Below the pieces are notes generated by a model, which worked only from the letters and a program-made list of their open reading frames with translations, had not been told where the DNA came from and searched no databases. The position numbers were made by a program, and so were the translations under genes. Of a stretch of DNA of 64,000 bases, positions 37,358 through 49,430 are shown one piece after another. Within the stretch, counting starts at the first letter, position 1, and each line of letters starts with the position of its first letter. The DNA lies in NCBI GenBank assembly GCA_038087875.1, contig JAXLNO010000575.1, positions 186,001 to 250,000 of the forward strand. Direction: 5' to 3'. The DNA is from Malacoraja senta. Its lineage: Eukaryota.

Positions 37358-38257
37358 TAGACTTTCCACTAGTGGGAGAGTCTCGGACCAGAGGGCACAG
37401 CCTCAGAATAAAAGGACGTACCTTGAGAAAGGAGGGGAAGGCAATGGGAGTCCGGCGTGTGGGGACAGCCGTGAAGAACAATTAGGACACGACGTGGGGG
37501 GGGGGGGGGGTGCAGGGGAAAGGGGGGGCAATAGACAATAGACAATAGGTGCAGGAGTAGGCCATTCGACCCCGAGCGAGCACCGCTATTCAATGTGATC
37601 ATGGCTGATCATCCCCAATCAGTACCCCGTTCCTGCCTTCTCCCCATATCCCCTGACTCCCTATCTAGCTCTCTCTTGAAAGCATCCAGAGAACCGGCCT
37701 CCACAACCCTCTGAGGCAGAGAATTCCACAGACTCACAACTCTCTGTGAGAAAAAGTGTTTCCTCGTCTCCGTTCTAAATGGCTTACCCCTTATTCTTAA
37801 ACTGTGGCCCCTGGTTCTGGACTCCCCAACATCGGGAACATGTTTCCTGCCTCTAGCGTGTCCAAGCGGTGGTGAATCTGTGGGATTCTTCGCCACAGAT
37901 GGCGGTGGAGGCCTCAAGGCCAGTGGATATATTTAAGGCGGAGATAGATAGATTCTTGATTAGTGCGGGTGTCAGGGGTTATGGGGAGAAGGCAGGAGAA
38001 TGGGGTTAGGAGGGAGAGATGGATGAGCCATGATTGAATGGCGGAGTAGACATGATGGGCCGAATGGCCTCTTTCTGCTCCTATCACTTATGAAGGTAGG
38101 AAAGCGAAGAGTTGAGATATCTGAAGCAGTCGAGAGTGGTGTATGGACATATTCCGGAGTGCACGACAATCAGACTGAAGCTGAGAAGTGCAGTCACTAT
38201 CAGTGGCAATCAACAACAGCTGTGGATATCTTTTACACAAAGGGTGGTCGGTGCCTG

Positions 38258-38927
38258 TGATAAGGCTGAATTAAGTTAAAAATATAAGAAGATATTAAAT
38301 TGGTTCCTGGGCTAGTTTACAGCTTATATTTAGTCTCAAATTAGGCTTTTCTCCAGTAGAATAATACAGAAAGGCAAATTAAGTTGCCTCGGGTTGCGGT
38401 GTATTGAGATAATGAATACTATAGCATTTGTCTCCCAAGTGACGAAAGAGGAAGCAGAGAAGAAGCTAGATTGATCTATTTGATATGTAAAATGCCTTGT
38501 ACCAAATGTCCGATGTTTATGAGGGAGGAAGTGACGAGAGAGGAAACTAGATTCATTAAGGGGCAATAACAAATGTCCGAGGCCTTTGAGATTTAATGTC
38601 CTTGTACCATATGACAAGATGCCTTTGATGTGACGAGACCAGTCGGGCGCATCTAGTAGTAACCTTTATTCTCTGTATCTCTGACCATGACTAATGTTTG
38701 TGGAATGTGCTAAGGTGACAAAAAAACACTATATAATACGATGTAATTCTGTTCGAAGAAGGGGATGAGGACAGTGAAGTGTCTGCATTGCTCACTTGAC
38801 TAGAGTTCTCGTTCCCTTCCATCAGCCGATAATAAGTCAAGTTTTGAACTGGTCTTCCAAACGTTTGTGTGTTGTCTGTTTATTAAGAAGCGAACCTGTT
38901 TGATTGTTATAATAAGTAACGTTTTCA
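38258..38927 (+). repeat. ERV 5' LTR (670 bp)
   Basis: Its last ~50 bp recur at 43244-43295 and its last 19 bp at 44994-45012; TATA-like ctataat near 38730. Confidence 0.85.
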
Positions 38928-39577
38928 TTGCCGTTTTTTTTGTCAGGCCTCGCTGGGACCCCATCAACAGCTGACTGTGCAAGAAGTTGCCGTGATTGGA
39001 AGGGAGACAATTGGGCTCTATTGGCCCCCTTGTAAGACCGACTCCCCGAGAAACTCCCGGGAACGTCTGTGATCCTTCATCCTTCATCAGAGGTTGATCC
39101 AGGTTCCCCGCCGAGGTTCTTAATACAGACAACAACGGTAAGACCAGTTGGGCTTTGTATTTTTAAGAAGGGATTATGTATGTATTTTTAAGAAGGGCTC
39201 GTCGGCCTTGTTGAGACATCCGTAGTTTGTCGGGTTGAGATACAGGGGACGAGGTGTGCGCCTGGCTTGTTGAGACATCCGAGCAGTTGTCGGGTTGAGA
39301 AATAAGTGGCGCTGTTTAAAAAAAAAGAGTTAAGTCTGCCAAGTTGAGAAACTGGGGTCTCGATTAGCGGGTCTGCTTGGTTAAGATACTTGGGACATTT
39401 TTTTAAGGGATAAGGAGTCTGCCAAGTTGAGAAACTGGCGTCTCGATTAGCGGGTCTGCTTGGTTGAAATACTTGGGGCGTTGTTTTTTAAAGAATTGAG
39501 AAGTCTGCTTTCTCTCTCTCTCTCTCTTTCTTTTTCTCTCTTTTTTTCTCTCTCTTTCTCTTTCTCTCTATCTATCT

Positions 39578-40719
39578 ATTGGGAATGCTCTGGATAACAG
39601 TGAAGGGGGAAACCCCATCCAACATATGTGTTATTTGAATCCTAAGTATAATAAGAAATTTTGAATGTTAAGTTACAAGTTGACCAAACGGTTAGGAGAT
39701 GAAGCCTGGCCGGTAGGGGGCACATGGAATGTAGAGACAATTTAAAAAGCAGAGATGTTGATATGGGGAAGGAAGGCAGGAAAGAAATGGAAGACAGGAA
39801 TTAAAGCATGGAAAGCGGAAGCAGAGAAGAAGCATGAGGAGAGTAGAGATCGGTTGGATGGATACCGCATGTAAAAAAGGGATAGAGTTAAGAAATAAGG
39901 AAGGCACTATGAAAGGATGGAAAGTATTGCAACTAGAATGCCAGTGGGCGGAGGAACAAGAGAAAATAATTAAGAGACAGGCGGGAGGTGAGAAACAGGT
40001 GATGGTTAGTAAAAATAAACCCAGTATTGGTAAATCGTCTGGAGGAGACTTCATGTCTGGCACGACGACCCTGTTTGATAGTGAAGATGAGGAATTAGAT
40101 AATCCTGGGAGACGTCCACCTCCCTACGTCCTACCAGTAGCAATGGCATCCTTACCTTTGGCAGCTCCGTCAGTAATATCCATGTACCCCGAAGTTCCGA
40201 CCTTACAAAGCTACGGTGAAATACTAAAGGAAGACATGAGTGAGCTAACGGAAAGTGTCCAAAATGTAGCAATTAACACGGTGGGATCAATTGGGGAGCG
40301 AGTAAAAACACACCCTAGAAGGACTGCACAGAACCTCCCTATGAGAGCGGTGCCAAACCATAGGGCAGGAGACGACAATCAGAACGATACCGTGCAAATA
40401 TACGCACCGTGGAAACCACATGAGCAATGTATGATACGGGATAAAGCCCCAGACCGCCATAAGACCCCGCAGGAATTTGTAGAATACCTCCGCAATACGG
40501 TAGAATATTATCAGGCTACGGACCGTGATATTTGGTCCATGACCATGTCACTTTTGGCAGTGGCCGAACAACAGAAGTGGAAGGATGTTAAGAAACATCA
40601 GACGTGGCAGGCACTAAAAGCCGTGCAAGGGCATGCAGACGAGGCAGTTTGTGTAGATTTTATGATGACCAGTCTATTTGAATGTTTGAAGAAGCCAATT
40701 AATATGTCGGTGGTCCTCG
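39578..40719 (+). pseudogene. ERV gag, disrupted and C-terminally deleted
   Basis: (M>I)GNALD..., WPVGGTW matrix-like motif, RRPPPY, capsid-like YAPWKP..PDRHKTP..F; no nucleocapsid zinc knuckle before pro. Confidence 0.75.
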
Positions 40720-43243
40720 ATGCTGGGGGACACCAGAGTTCAGTTTTTGATTGATACAGGAGCAACCTCATCTACCCTGAATCAGGAGCTTGCGGCATCT
40801 CTGGGAGTTCCCATGTCAGACCATGTAACACGGTTATCAGGTTTGGACGGGAAAGTACGGTGTTACCCCCTAACTCAGCCTCTGACTATAACCTATGGAC
40901 AGGAACAATGCACTCTCCCCTTTTCCGTTACCCCATTTCTTGGCTGCAACCTCGCAGGCAGAGACGTATTGATAGGATTAAAAGCAGGAATTATCTGCAC
41001 GGACGAGGGAATTCACCTGCAGACCCAGAAGATGATGCACACACACTTCCCAACACCTCAATGGTGGGCTATTGATCTTTTGTCAGCACCAGTCTTTGGA
41101 AATACACCCGATCCACATGTGACATTATTTTATGATCCTACGGGTTGCAATCCTGAAATGGAAGATTACTTTGGTTCACTGATAGGGGAAGCGACTAGGG
41201 TCTGCTTGATAGGAACAGTGTCAGGCAAACCCGTCACTGCCGTGATAGTGCAAGTGGAAGAAGGGTTGTGGAAACAGAATGCTTCCCTAGTGGCACCACA
41301 TGTAACCACCTCAGTGAGGGCAGACCACTCAGCAAAAGAGCTAGGGTACCTCACCTACGAATTATGCAACCAAGCAAGTAACATACTGGGTGAGAAATAT
41401 TTTTCTCAGGGAACGCTGGAATATTGGAAAGAGAACCAGATCGTTGAAGGAATTATCCGACGCCATCAGCCGACGACAAACGACATAGACAAACATCAGA
41501 TTTGGGCGACATCACCGCATGAGGTAGGACTGACTTATTGTGCTCCTATAATGATCACGCTTAGGCCGGATGTCCGCCTCCCTGCGGTCCCCCAATATCC
41601 ATTAAAACCAGAAGCAGTGGCAGGAATACAACAGCTGGTGCAGTCTCTTTTACACCAGGGTATATTGGTGCAGTGTCACTCACCATGTAACACCCCGATC
41701 TTCCCGGTACCCAAGCCTGGACGCTCAGAGTGGAGGCTAGTACAAGACCTCCGTGCAATTAATGAGATCGTTACGCCTATGCACGCCATCGTACCTAACC
41801 CCGCAACTATCCTGAGCCAGGTTCACGCCTCTGCGACCATCTTCACAGTTATTGACCTACAACACGCATTCTTTGCAGTCCCACTGCATCCCGATTGCCA
41901 ATACCTTTTCGCCTTTACATACGAAGGACAACAATATACATGGACACGCCTACCGCAAGGTTTTGTACATTCGCCCACTATGTTTTCCCAAGTACTAGCA
42001 GACCAGTTAAAGACATTAACCCTCCCACAAGGCTCCACTGTAATTCAGTATGTTGATGAGTTATTTCTTGCCAGTTCTGATGAGGCCAGCAACATTATTG
42101 ACACTGCAAAGTTATTAGAAGCCTTACATGCTCGGGGGTATGTGATCCCTCAGAGGAAAGTTAAAGAGGGCAAGAAGGAAGTTAAATTTCTTGGAATTAT
42201 GATTAGTGCCACTGAAAGAGCCATTACTCCAGCAAGAGTGGACCCTATCATTCGATACCCAAAACCAGAAACCCCCAAACAAATGAGAGCCTTCTTGGGG
42301 TTAGTGAACTTTTGCCGTCAGTGGATTCCCAATGTTGTACTTTATACGAAGCATCTATCACCACTGGCTTCTGCAAATGCCGAACGACATTTTTCCCTCG
42401 ATGAGAAACAGACAGAGGCCTTTATAGCATTAAAAGATGCATTACCCTCTGCCCCAGCCATCGGCAGACCACTGTATGACAGATCGTTTCAGCTATATGT
42501 AACAGTAATTCAAGATTGTGTATCAGTCGTACTGACACAAAAACATGGGGATGTTAAACGACCAGTAGCTTACTTCTCAGTTCGCCTGGATGCGGTAGCA
42601 CGCGGCTAACCCCCTTGCACCCAGATTTTGCCTGGTATACATGCCGCTGTCTCGGCCGCTGCAAACATAACTTTGCATCAACCGGTGATCATATTTACGA
42701 CTCATTGTGTCGCCGCATTAATGAATGCGAATCAAACAAAATACCTCACCCAGGCACGCCTGGGCCGCTATGAACTGACATTGTTGAATAATCCAAATTT
42801 GACCTTTCGGCATTGTTCTACAATAAATCCGTCTGCCTTTTTGACAGAGCCACCTGAGCCTTGCACAGAGCCACCCCACAATTGTGAGATGGCCAATGAC
42901 TTATTGACAAAAACACGGGAAGGATTGTCTGATGTACCATTGGAAGGCAACATACCATCATGGTTTGTCGATGGCTCCTCCATGATTATCCCTGAAACAG
43001 GACAGCGGGCTTCAGGCTATGCAGTAGTAAACGGGTCACAGATGATTTTGGAAGAAGGAAGGTTTCAGATTCCGTTATCAGCAAAACAGGCAGAACTATT
43101 TGCCTTAACTAGAGCCTGCATATTAGCAACGGACAAACAAATTAACATCCTATACTGATTCCCGATACGCCTTCAGCGTTGCTCATGACTTTGGCGCTCT
43201 CTGGCAACACAGAGGATTCCTGACCTCGGCAGGAACACCCACC
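40720..43243 (+). pseudogene. ERV pro-pol: protease, 2H-phosphoesterase-like insert, RT, tether, partial RNase H
   Basis: 629-aa ORF plus an in-frame continuation after the TAA at 42607-42609; catalytic YVDD mutated to YVDE; truncated within RNase H. Confidence 0.9.
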
Positions 43244-43350
43244 CTGTTTATTAGGAAGCGAACCTGTTAGATTGTTATAATAAGTAACTTTTTCATTGCC
43301 GTTTTTTTTGGCAGGCCTCGCTGGGACCCCATCAACAGCTGACTGTGCAA

Positions 43351-44993
43351 AACTCAACTCAGATATCACTAATTTTATATGGGACTATAAATCACATAGA
43401 ATACAACAAACTCATCTGAATAAACCTAAAGTATTAGGGGGTTTAGCACTACCTAATTTTATGTATTATTATTGGTTAGTAAATATTAAAAATATGATTC
43501 AACTGATGGATAACTCCGTGCAGCAAGTGGACTGGATTGTAATGGAGAAAGAGGATTGCTCCTCTAGAAACATTGTAGCGATCCTCCTTTCTCCAATGAA
43601 ATTGAATAACATAAATTATAATAAGAACCCAATTAAGTACAATCCGAATTTGGAAACAAATAAAACAAAATTTAAAATTAAGAAATTTATCACTTTTATT
43701 ACCTATAGTCAATAACCCTTCGTTTAATCCTTCTATTATAGATAAAGCTTATACACAATGGGATAGACTAGGAATTAAAACGCTTGGTGACTTGTATGAA
43801 ACTGGAAAATTACTTTCATTTCAACAATTACAAATAAAATATAAACTCGGAAATAATCAATATTTTAAATATTTTCAAATATGCGACTATTTGAAAAAAT
43901 ATACAAAAGATCATTATAATAACCCAGTAGATGTATTGGACGAGGCAATGCAGATAAAAGCGGAATCAGCAAACTTAATATCATATTTGTATAATATTAT
44001 CTTAAATGTACAAATACCATCTACGGAGGGTATCAGAAGAGACTGGGAACAAGAGTTAGCTATTAAAATTTCAAAGGAAAGTTGGAATGAATACTTATTA
44101 AACGTGCATAAATGCTCGATTAATGTAAGACACTTTAATACAATTAAAAATTTTACATAGATTATATTATTCGAAAACTAAAATTCATAAAATTTTCCCA
44201 AATGTATCATCTATTTGTGATAAATGTCAATCCCAAGAAGCTACTATAGCGCACTCATTCGTTTTCTGTACAAAAATTCAAAAATTTTGGAATGAAATTT
44301 TTGAAATCTTTACAAAGTTATTTAAAACAAGACTGATACCCAAAGCAGAACGGATTATCTTCGGTATAACGGAAGATGGTCCAGAACTAAATGTGTTTCA
44401 AGAGAAACTAATGGACTATGGGTTAATAACTGGAAAAAAGCTAATTCTAAAATTTTGGAAGAAGGCTCCAATACCAACTATAAATATGTGGATTTCAAAT
44501 ATTTTGAAACATTACACCTAGAAGAGATAAGACTCCTCCTAGCAGGTAAACCAGATCACTTCCACCTGACGTGGTCTGCATTTATAGAATTATTACAAAC
44601 CTAGGGTGCAAAAGTACTTTAAAAAAAAAAATTGAGGTCAGGTAAGGGGGGATGATAGTTGAAGAGTTGGTATGTCCCATTTACGTAATGCTCATAAAAA
44701 TATTTGTTTCTCTCTTTTTCCTCTTTCTCTTTCTCTTTCTCTCCTAGGGTCTATTTCTTAACTCTTTTTCTTTTGTTTTTAATTTTGCTCTTATAGGGTC
44801 TTCGTCCTTTTTTGTTGTCACATTTCCTACACTTTCACTTTTTCCTTCACTTTCTTCTTTCTTTCAATCTTTTCCTTTTCTAGTGTAAAAAATAAATGGA
44901 TTACATTAATTGTAAGAAGATATAAATGACGAGTACTAATGTATGTGGTTGTAATGTAATGTACTTCTAATAAATAAAAATTAAAAACAAATA
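43351..44993 (+). mobile_element. 5'-truncated L1-clade LINE inserted in the ERV 3' LTR end
   Basis: FIWDYKSHRI...GGLALPNFMYYYW, homologous to ORF 17767-19095; T-rich 3' UTR, AATAAA and A-tail. Confidence 0.9.
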
Positions 44994-45499
44994 ATAATAA
45001 GTAACTTTTTCACCTGGGTCAATGGGTCAATGGGTCGAAGGATCGATGGTCAATGGGTTGATGGTCACTGGGCGATGGTTCAATCGTCAATGGGTCAAGG
45101 GTCAATGGTCATAGAGTGATACAGTGTGGAAACAGGCCCTTCGGCCCAACTTGCCCACGCCGGCCAGAGATGTTTCCACTAGTGGGAGAGTCTAGGACAA
45201 GAGGGCACAGCCTCAGAATTAAAGGACGTACCTTTAGAAAGGTGGGGAAGGCAATGGGGACCCGGTGTGGGGGGACTGCTGTGAGGGACATTCTACCCGT
45301 GACCTGCGTGGGTTTTCTCCGAGATCTTCGGTTTCCTCCCACATTCCAAAGACGTGCAGGTTTGTAGGTTAATTGGCTTGGTAAATGTAAATTGTCCCTC
45401 GTGTGTGTAGGATAGTGTTAATGTTCTGGGATTGCTCGTCGTTGCGGACTTGCTGGGACGACGGGCCTGCTTCCGTGCTGTATCCGTAAACTAAACTAA

Positions 45500-46410
45500 A
45501 CCTCTCCCTACAGCTCAGGTCCCTCAAGCCCTGTCAACTTCATTGTAAATCTTCTCTGTTCCCTTTCCAGCTTAACAACATCTTTCCTCTAACACGGTGC
45601 GCAGAACTGAACACAATACCCTAAATGTGGTCTCACCAACGTCTTATACAACTGCAACATGACCTCCCAACTTCTATACTCAATACTCTGACTGATGAAG
45701 CCAATGCACCTGTACTCCTAGATCCCTCTGCTCTACAACACTACCCAGAGGCCGACCATTCACTGTGTAGGTCCTGCCCTTCCCAAAATGCAACACCTCA
45801 TATTTCTCTGTATTAAATTCCATCATCATTCCTCTGCCCACCTGGCCAATCGATCCAGATCTTGCTGAAATCTTTCACAACCATCTTCACTATCTGCAAA
45901 ACTACTAACTTTTGTATCATCTGCAAACTTGCTAATCTTGCCCTGTATGGTCTCATCCAAATCATTGATGTAGATGACAAACAGTAACGGGCCCAGCCCG
46001 AACCCTGAGGCACACCACTAGTCACAGGCCTCCAGTCCAAGAAGCAACCTTCCACCATCACCCTCTGCTTCCTTCCATGGAGCCAATTTGCTATCCATTC
46101 AGCTATCTATCCTTGGATCCCATGCGATATAACCTTCCAGAGCAGCCTACCATGTGGAACCTTGTCGAATGCTTTGCTGAAGTCCATGTACACGACATCT
46201 ACAGCTCTGCCCTCATCAACCATTTTGGTCACGTTTTCAAAAAACTCAATCAGATTTGTGAGACAAAACCATGCTGACTATCCCTAATTAGTCCTGTCCG
46301 TCTAAATGCTTGTATAACCTATCCCTCAGAATACTCTCTGGTAACTTTCCAACTACACCTGTTAAGGCCAATAGTTCAGCATTTTCCCTGCAGCCCTTCT
46401 TCAATAGAGA
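45500..46410 (-). mobile_element. CR1 RT fragment
   Basis: VTSGVPQGS, FADDTK and LVRPHL motifs, degenerate. Confidence 0.8.
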
Positions 46411-47993
46411 CAATAGAGGTCAATAGTCAATAGTCAATGGTCAATAGTTCAATGGTCACTAGTTCAATGGTCAATGTACGGAGTTTGTACTTCTCCCTGG
46501 GACCGCATGGGTTTACTCTGGGTGCTCTGGTTTCCTCCCACACTCCGAAGACATTCAGGTTTGTAGATTATTTGGCTTTGGTAAAATTCTAAATTGTCCC
46601 TAGTGTGTAACATAGTGCTAGTGTACGGGGTGATCACTGGTCGGCGTGGATTCGGTGGGCTGAAGGGCCTGTTTTTTACATTGTATCTCTGAAGTCTAAA
46701 CTTTAGGTTGGTTTAGAGATACAGCATGGAAACAGGCCCTTCGGCCCACCGAGTCGGCACCGACCAGCGATTACCCCACACATTAGCACTATCCTGCAAT
46801 CAGACAAGGGAAAATTTACATTACACCAAGCCAATTAATCAATAAACGAGTCTCTGGCGCTGTGAGGCAGCAACTCTACCGCTACGCCATCACCAGCAGT
46901 AAAGCTGCTGCCTCAGGGTGCCAGAGACCAGGGTTCCATCCTGACTATGGGTGCTGTCTGTACGGAGTTTCTACATTCTCCCTGTGACCGCGTGGGTTTT
47001 CTCCAGGTGCTCCGGTTTCCTCCCACACTCCAAAGACCTGCAGGCTTGTAGGTTAATTGGCTTCAGTAAAATTGTTAATTGTCCCTAGTGTGTGTAGGAT
47101 AGTGTCAGTGTGCGGGGATCGCTGGTTGGCAGGGTCCCGTGGGCCGAAGGGCCTGTTTCAGCGCCGTATCTCTAAACTAAATCTAAAACAATACAAATTG
47201 CTGGAGTAACTCAGCAGGTCAGGCAGATCTCTGGTGTAAAAGGACGGGTGACGTTTCAGGTTGAGACCCTTCTTGAGACCTCTATCCACCTATTACCAAC
47301 CGGGCTTTATCCTGCCCTTCCTCTCGTCCTGCTTTCTGCCCCTTCCCCCCCAACTACAATCAGTCAGAAGAAGATTCCGACCTGAAACGTCACCTGTCCA
47401 TGTTCTCCACAGATGCTGCCTGACCCGCTGAGTTACTCCAGCACTCTGTGAAACGTCACCTATCCATGTTCTCCACAGATGCTGCCTGACCTGATGAGTT
47501 ACTCCAGCACTCTGTGAAATGTCACCTATCCATGTTCTCCACAGATGCTGCCTGACCCACTGAGTTACTCCAGCATAGTTATAGAGTTATACAGCATAGA
47601 AACAGGCCTAGAAACAGGCCCTTTGGCCCAACTTGCCCACGCCGACCACCATGTCCCATCACACTGTTTAAGAAAAAACTGCAGATTCTGGAAAGATCGA
47701 AGGCAGACAAAAATGCTGGAGAAACTCAGCGGGTGAGGCAGCATCTATGGAGCGATGGAATAGGTGACGTTTCAGGTCGAGACACTTTTTCAGACATCAG
47801 TCTGAAGAGGTGTCTCGACCCGAAACGTCACCTATTTTCTCCAGCATTTTTGTCTAACTGAACCATTTACACTACGTTTATAGATGTTTATATATGTTTG
47901 TGTCCCATCTACACTAGTCATAAGGTCCTGTGGTAGGAGTAGGATTATGCCATTCGGCCCATCAAGTTTTGAGTTGTACATCACTGTACATCT

Positions 47994-49430
47994 TAGATTA
48001 GATTAGATAGATTAGATAGCCCTTTATTGTCATTCAGACCGAAGTCTAAACGAAATTGCAACAGTCATACATAAAACAACAATAAACACATATTAACATC
48101 CACCACAGTGAGTCCACCCAACATCTCCTCACTGTGATGGAGGCAAAAGTCTTAGATCTGCAGTCTCTTCCCTCCTCTTCGCTGAGGCGATACCCCCCGG
48201 CGATGTTTCCCGCGGCTCAAACACCGCGGCCCGGGGTGGTCGAAGCTGCCGCCCACCAGTCCTGCAGACGCAGCCGCTGGCCCGCGGCCGAACCCCGGAC
48301 TCAGGCCACCACCGCCAGAACACCGTCCCAGCCACTCTCACGTGAGTGCCGTGCCGTCTTCAGCCTCGGGCCGGGCCGCCCCGACATGGGCGTCGCTTCT
48401 TCCCCGGGCCGGGCTGCCCCGACTTGGGCGTCGCTTCTTCCCCGGGCCGGGCTGCCCCGACTTGGGCGTCGCTTCTCCCCCGGGCCGGGCCGCCCCGACA
48501 TGGGCGTCGAACCTCCCCCGGGCCGGGCTGCCCCGACATGGGCGTCGCTTCTCCCCCGGGCCGGGCCGCCCCGACATGGGCGTCGCTTCTCCCCCGGGCC
48601 GGGCTGCCCCGACATGGGCGTCGCTTCTCCCCCGGGCCGGGCCGACATGGGCGTCGCTTCTCCCCCCGGGCCGGGCTGCCCCGACATGGGCGCCGAACCT
48701 CCCCCCGGGCCGGGCTGCCCCGACATGGGCGTCGCTTCTCCCCCGGGCCGGGCCGACATGGGCGTCGCTTCTCCCCCCGGCCGGGCTGCCCCGACATGGG
48801 CGCCGAACCTCCCCCCGGGCCGGGCTGCCCCGACATGGGCGTCGCTTCTCCCCCGGGCCGGGCCGACATGGGCGTCGCTTCTCCCCCCGGCCGGGCTGCC
48901 CCGACATGGGCGTCGCTTCTCCCCCGGGCCGGGCTGCCCCGACTTGGGCGTCGCTTCTTCCCCGGGCCGGGCCGCCCCGACATGGGCGTCGCTTCTCCCC
49001 CCGGCCGGGCTGCCCCGACATGGGCGCCGAACCTCCCCCCGGGCCGGGCTGCCCTGACATGGGCGTCGCTTCTCCCCCCGGCCGGGCTGCCCCGACATGG
49101 GCGTCGCTTCTCCCCCGGGCCGGGCTGCCCCGACATGGGCGTCGCTTCTCCCCCGGGCCGGGCCGCCCTGACATGGGCGCTCACGGGAGCACTGTTCCAG
49201 CCCTGACCCGGACCACCCTCACGGGAGCGAGCTTAGGGCGAGTCCTGATGGGCTCTGCCTCCGGAGCCTCGAGGTCGCCACCTCCATTAGGCCTCAGCGC
49301 AGACGGAGGCAGAGAAGGGGAATACGACCAAAAGTCACATTCCCCCGCAGGGAGAGACTGCAAACCCCGTTACAACCCCCCACCCCCCCAAAACACAAAC
49401 TAAAAACCAAAAACTAGACTAACCAAAACG
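47994..49430 (-). mobile_element. Second copy of the non-autonomous retroelement, containing a GC-rich VNTR
   Basis: Flanks homologous to 23553-24330; (TCTAA)n tail; central ~38-bp VNTR. Confidence 0.75.
48366..49180. repeat. CpG-rich VNTR, ~33-39-bp units, about 21 copies
   Basis: Unit cccgggccgggctgccccgacatgggcgtcgcttctcc with recurring variants (cgccgaacct; short gggccgacat). Confidence 0.95.

Larger units (their letters stand above)
38258..45012 (+). mobile_element. Class I (gamma/epsilon-like) endogenous retrovirus, deleted for integrase, env and most of the 3' LTR
   Basis: TG...CA ends with a 4-bp TSD CCTG (38254-38257, 45013-45016). 5' LTR 38258-38927; tRNA-Thr-like PBS; gag with a PPPY late domain; pro (FLIDTGA); RT (LPQGF, YVDE); RNase H (FVDGSS, QAELFAL, TDSRYAF). 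Confidence 0.93.

Noticed and set aside
43296..43715. 139-aa ORF as ERV integrase or an accessory gene
   Set aside because: PBS/leader patch fused to an L1 ORF2 fragment.
48134..49403. Six long Pro/Gly/Arg-rich ORFs
   Set aside because: Translations of a stop-free GC-rich VNTR in all frames.
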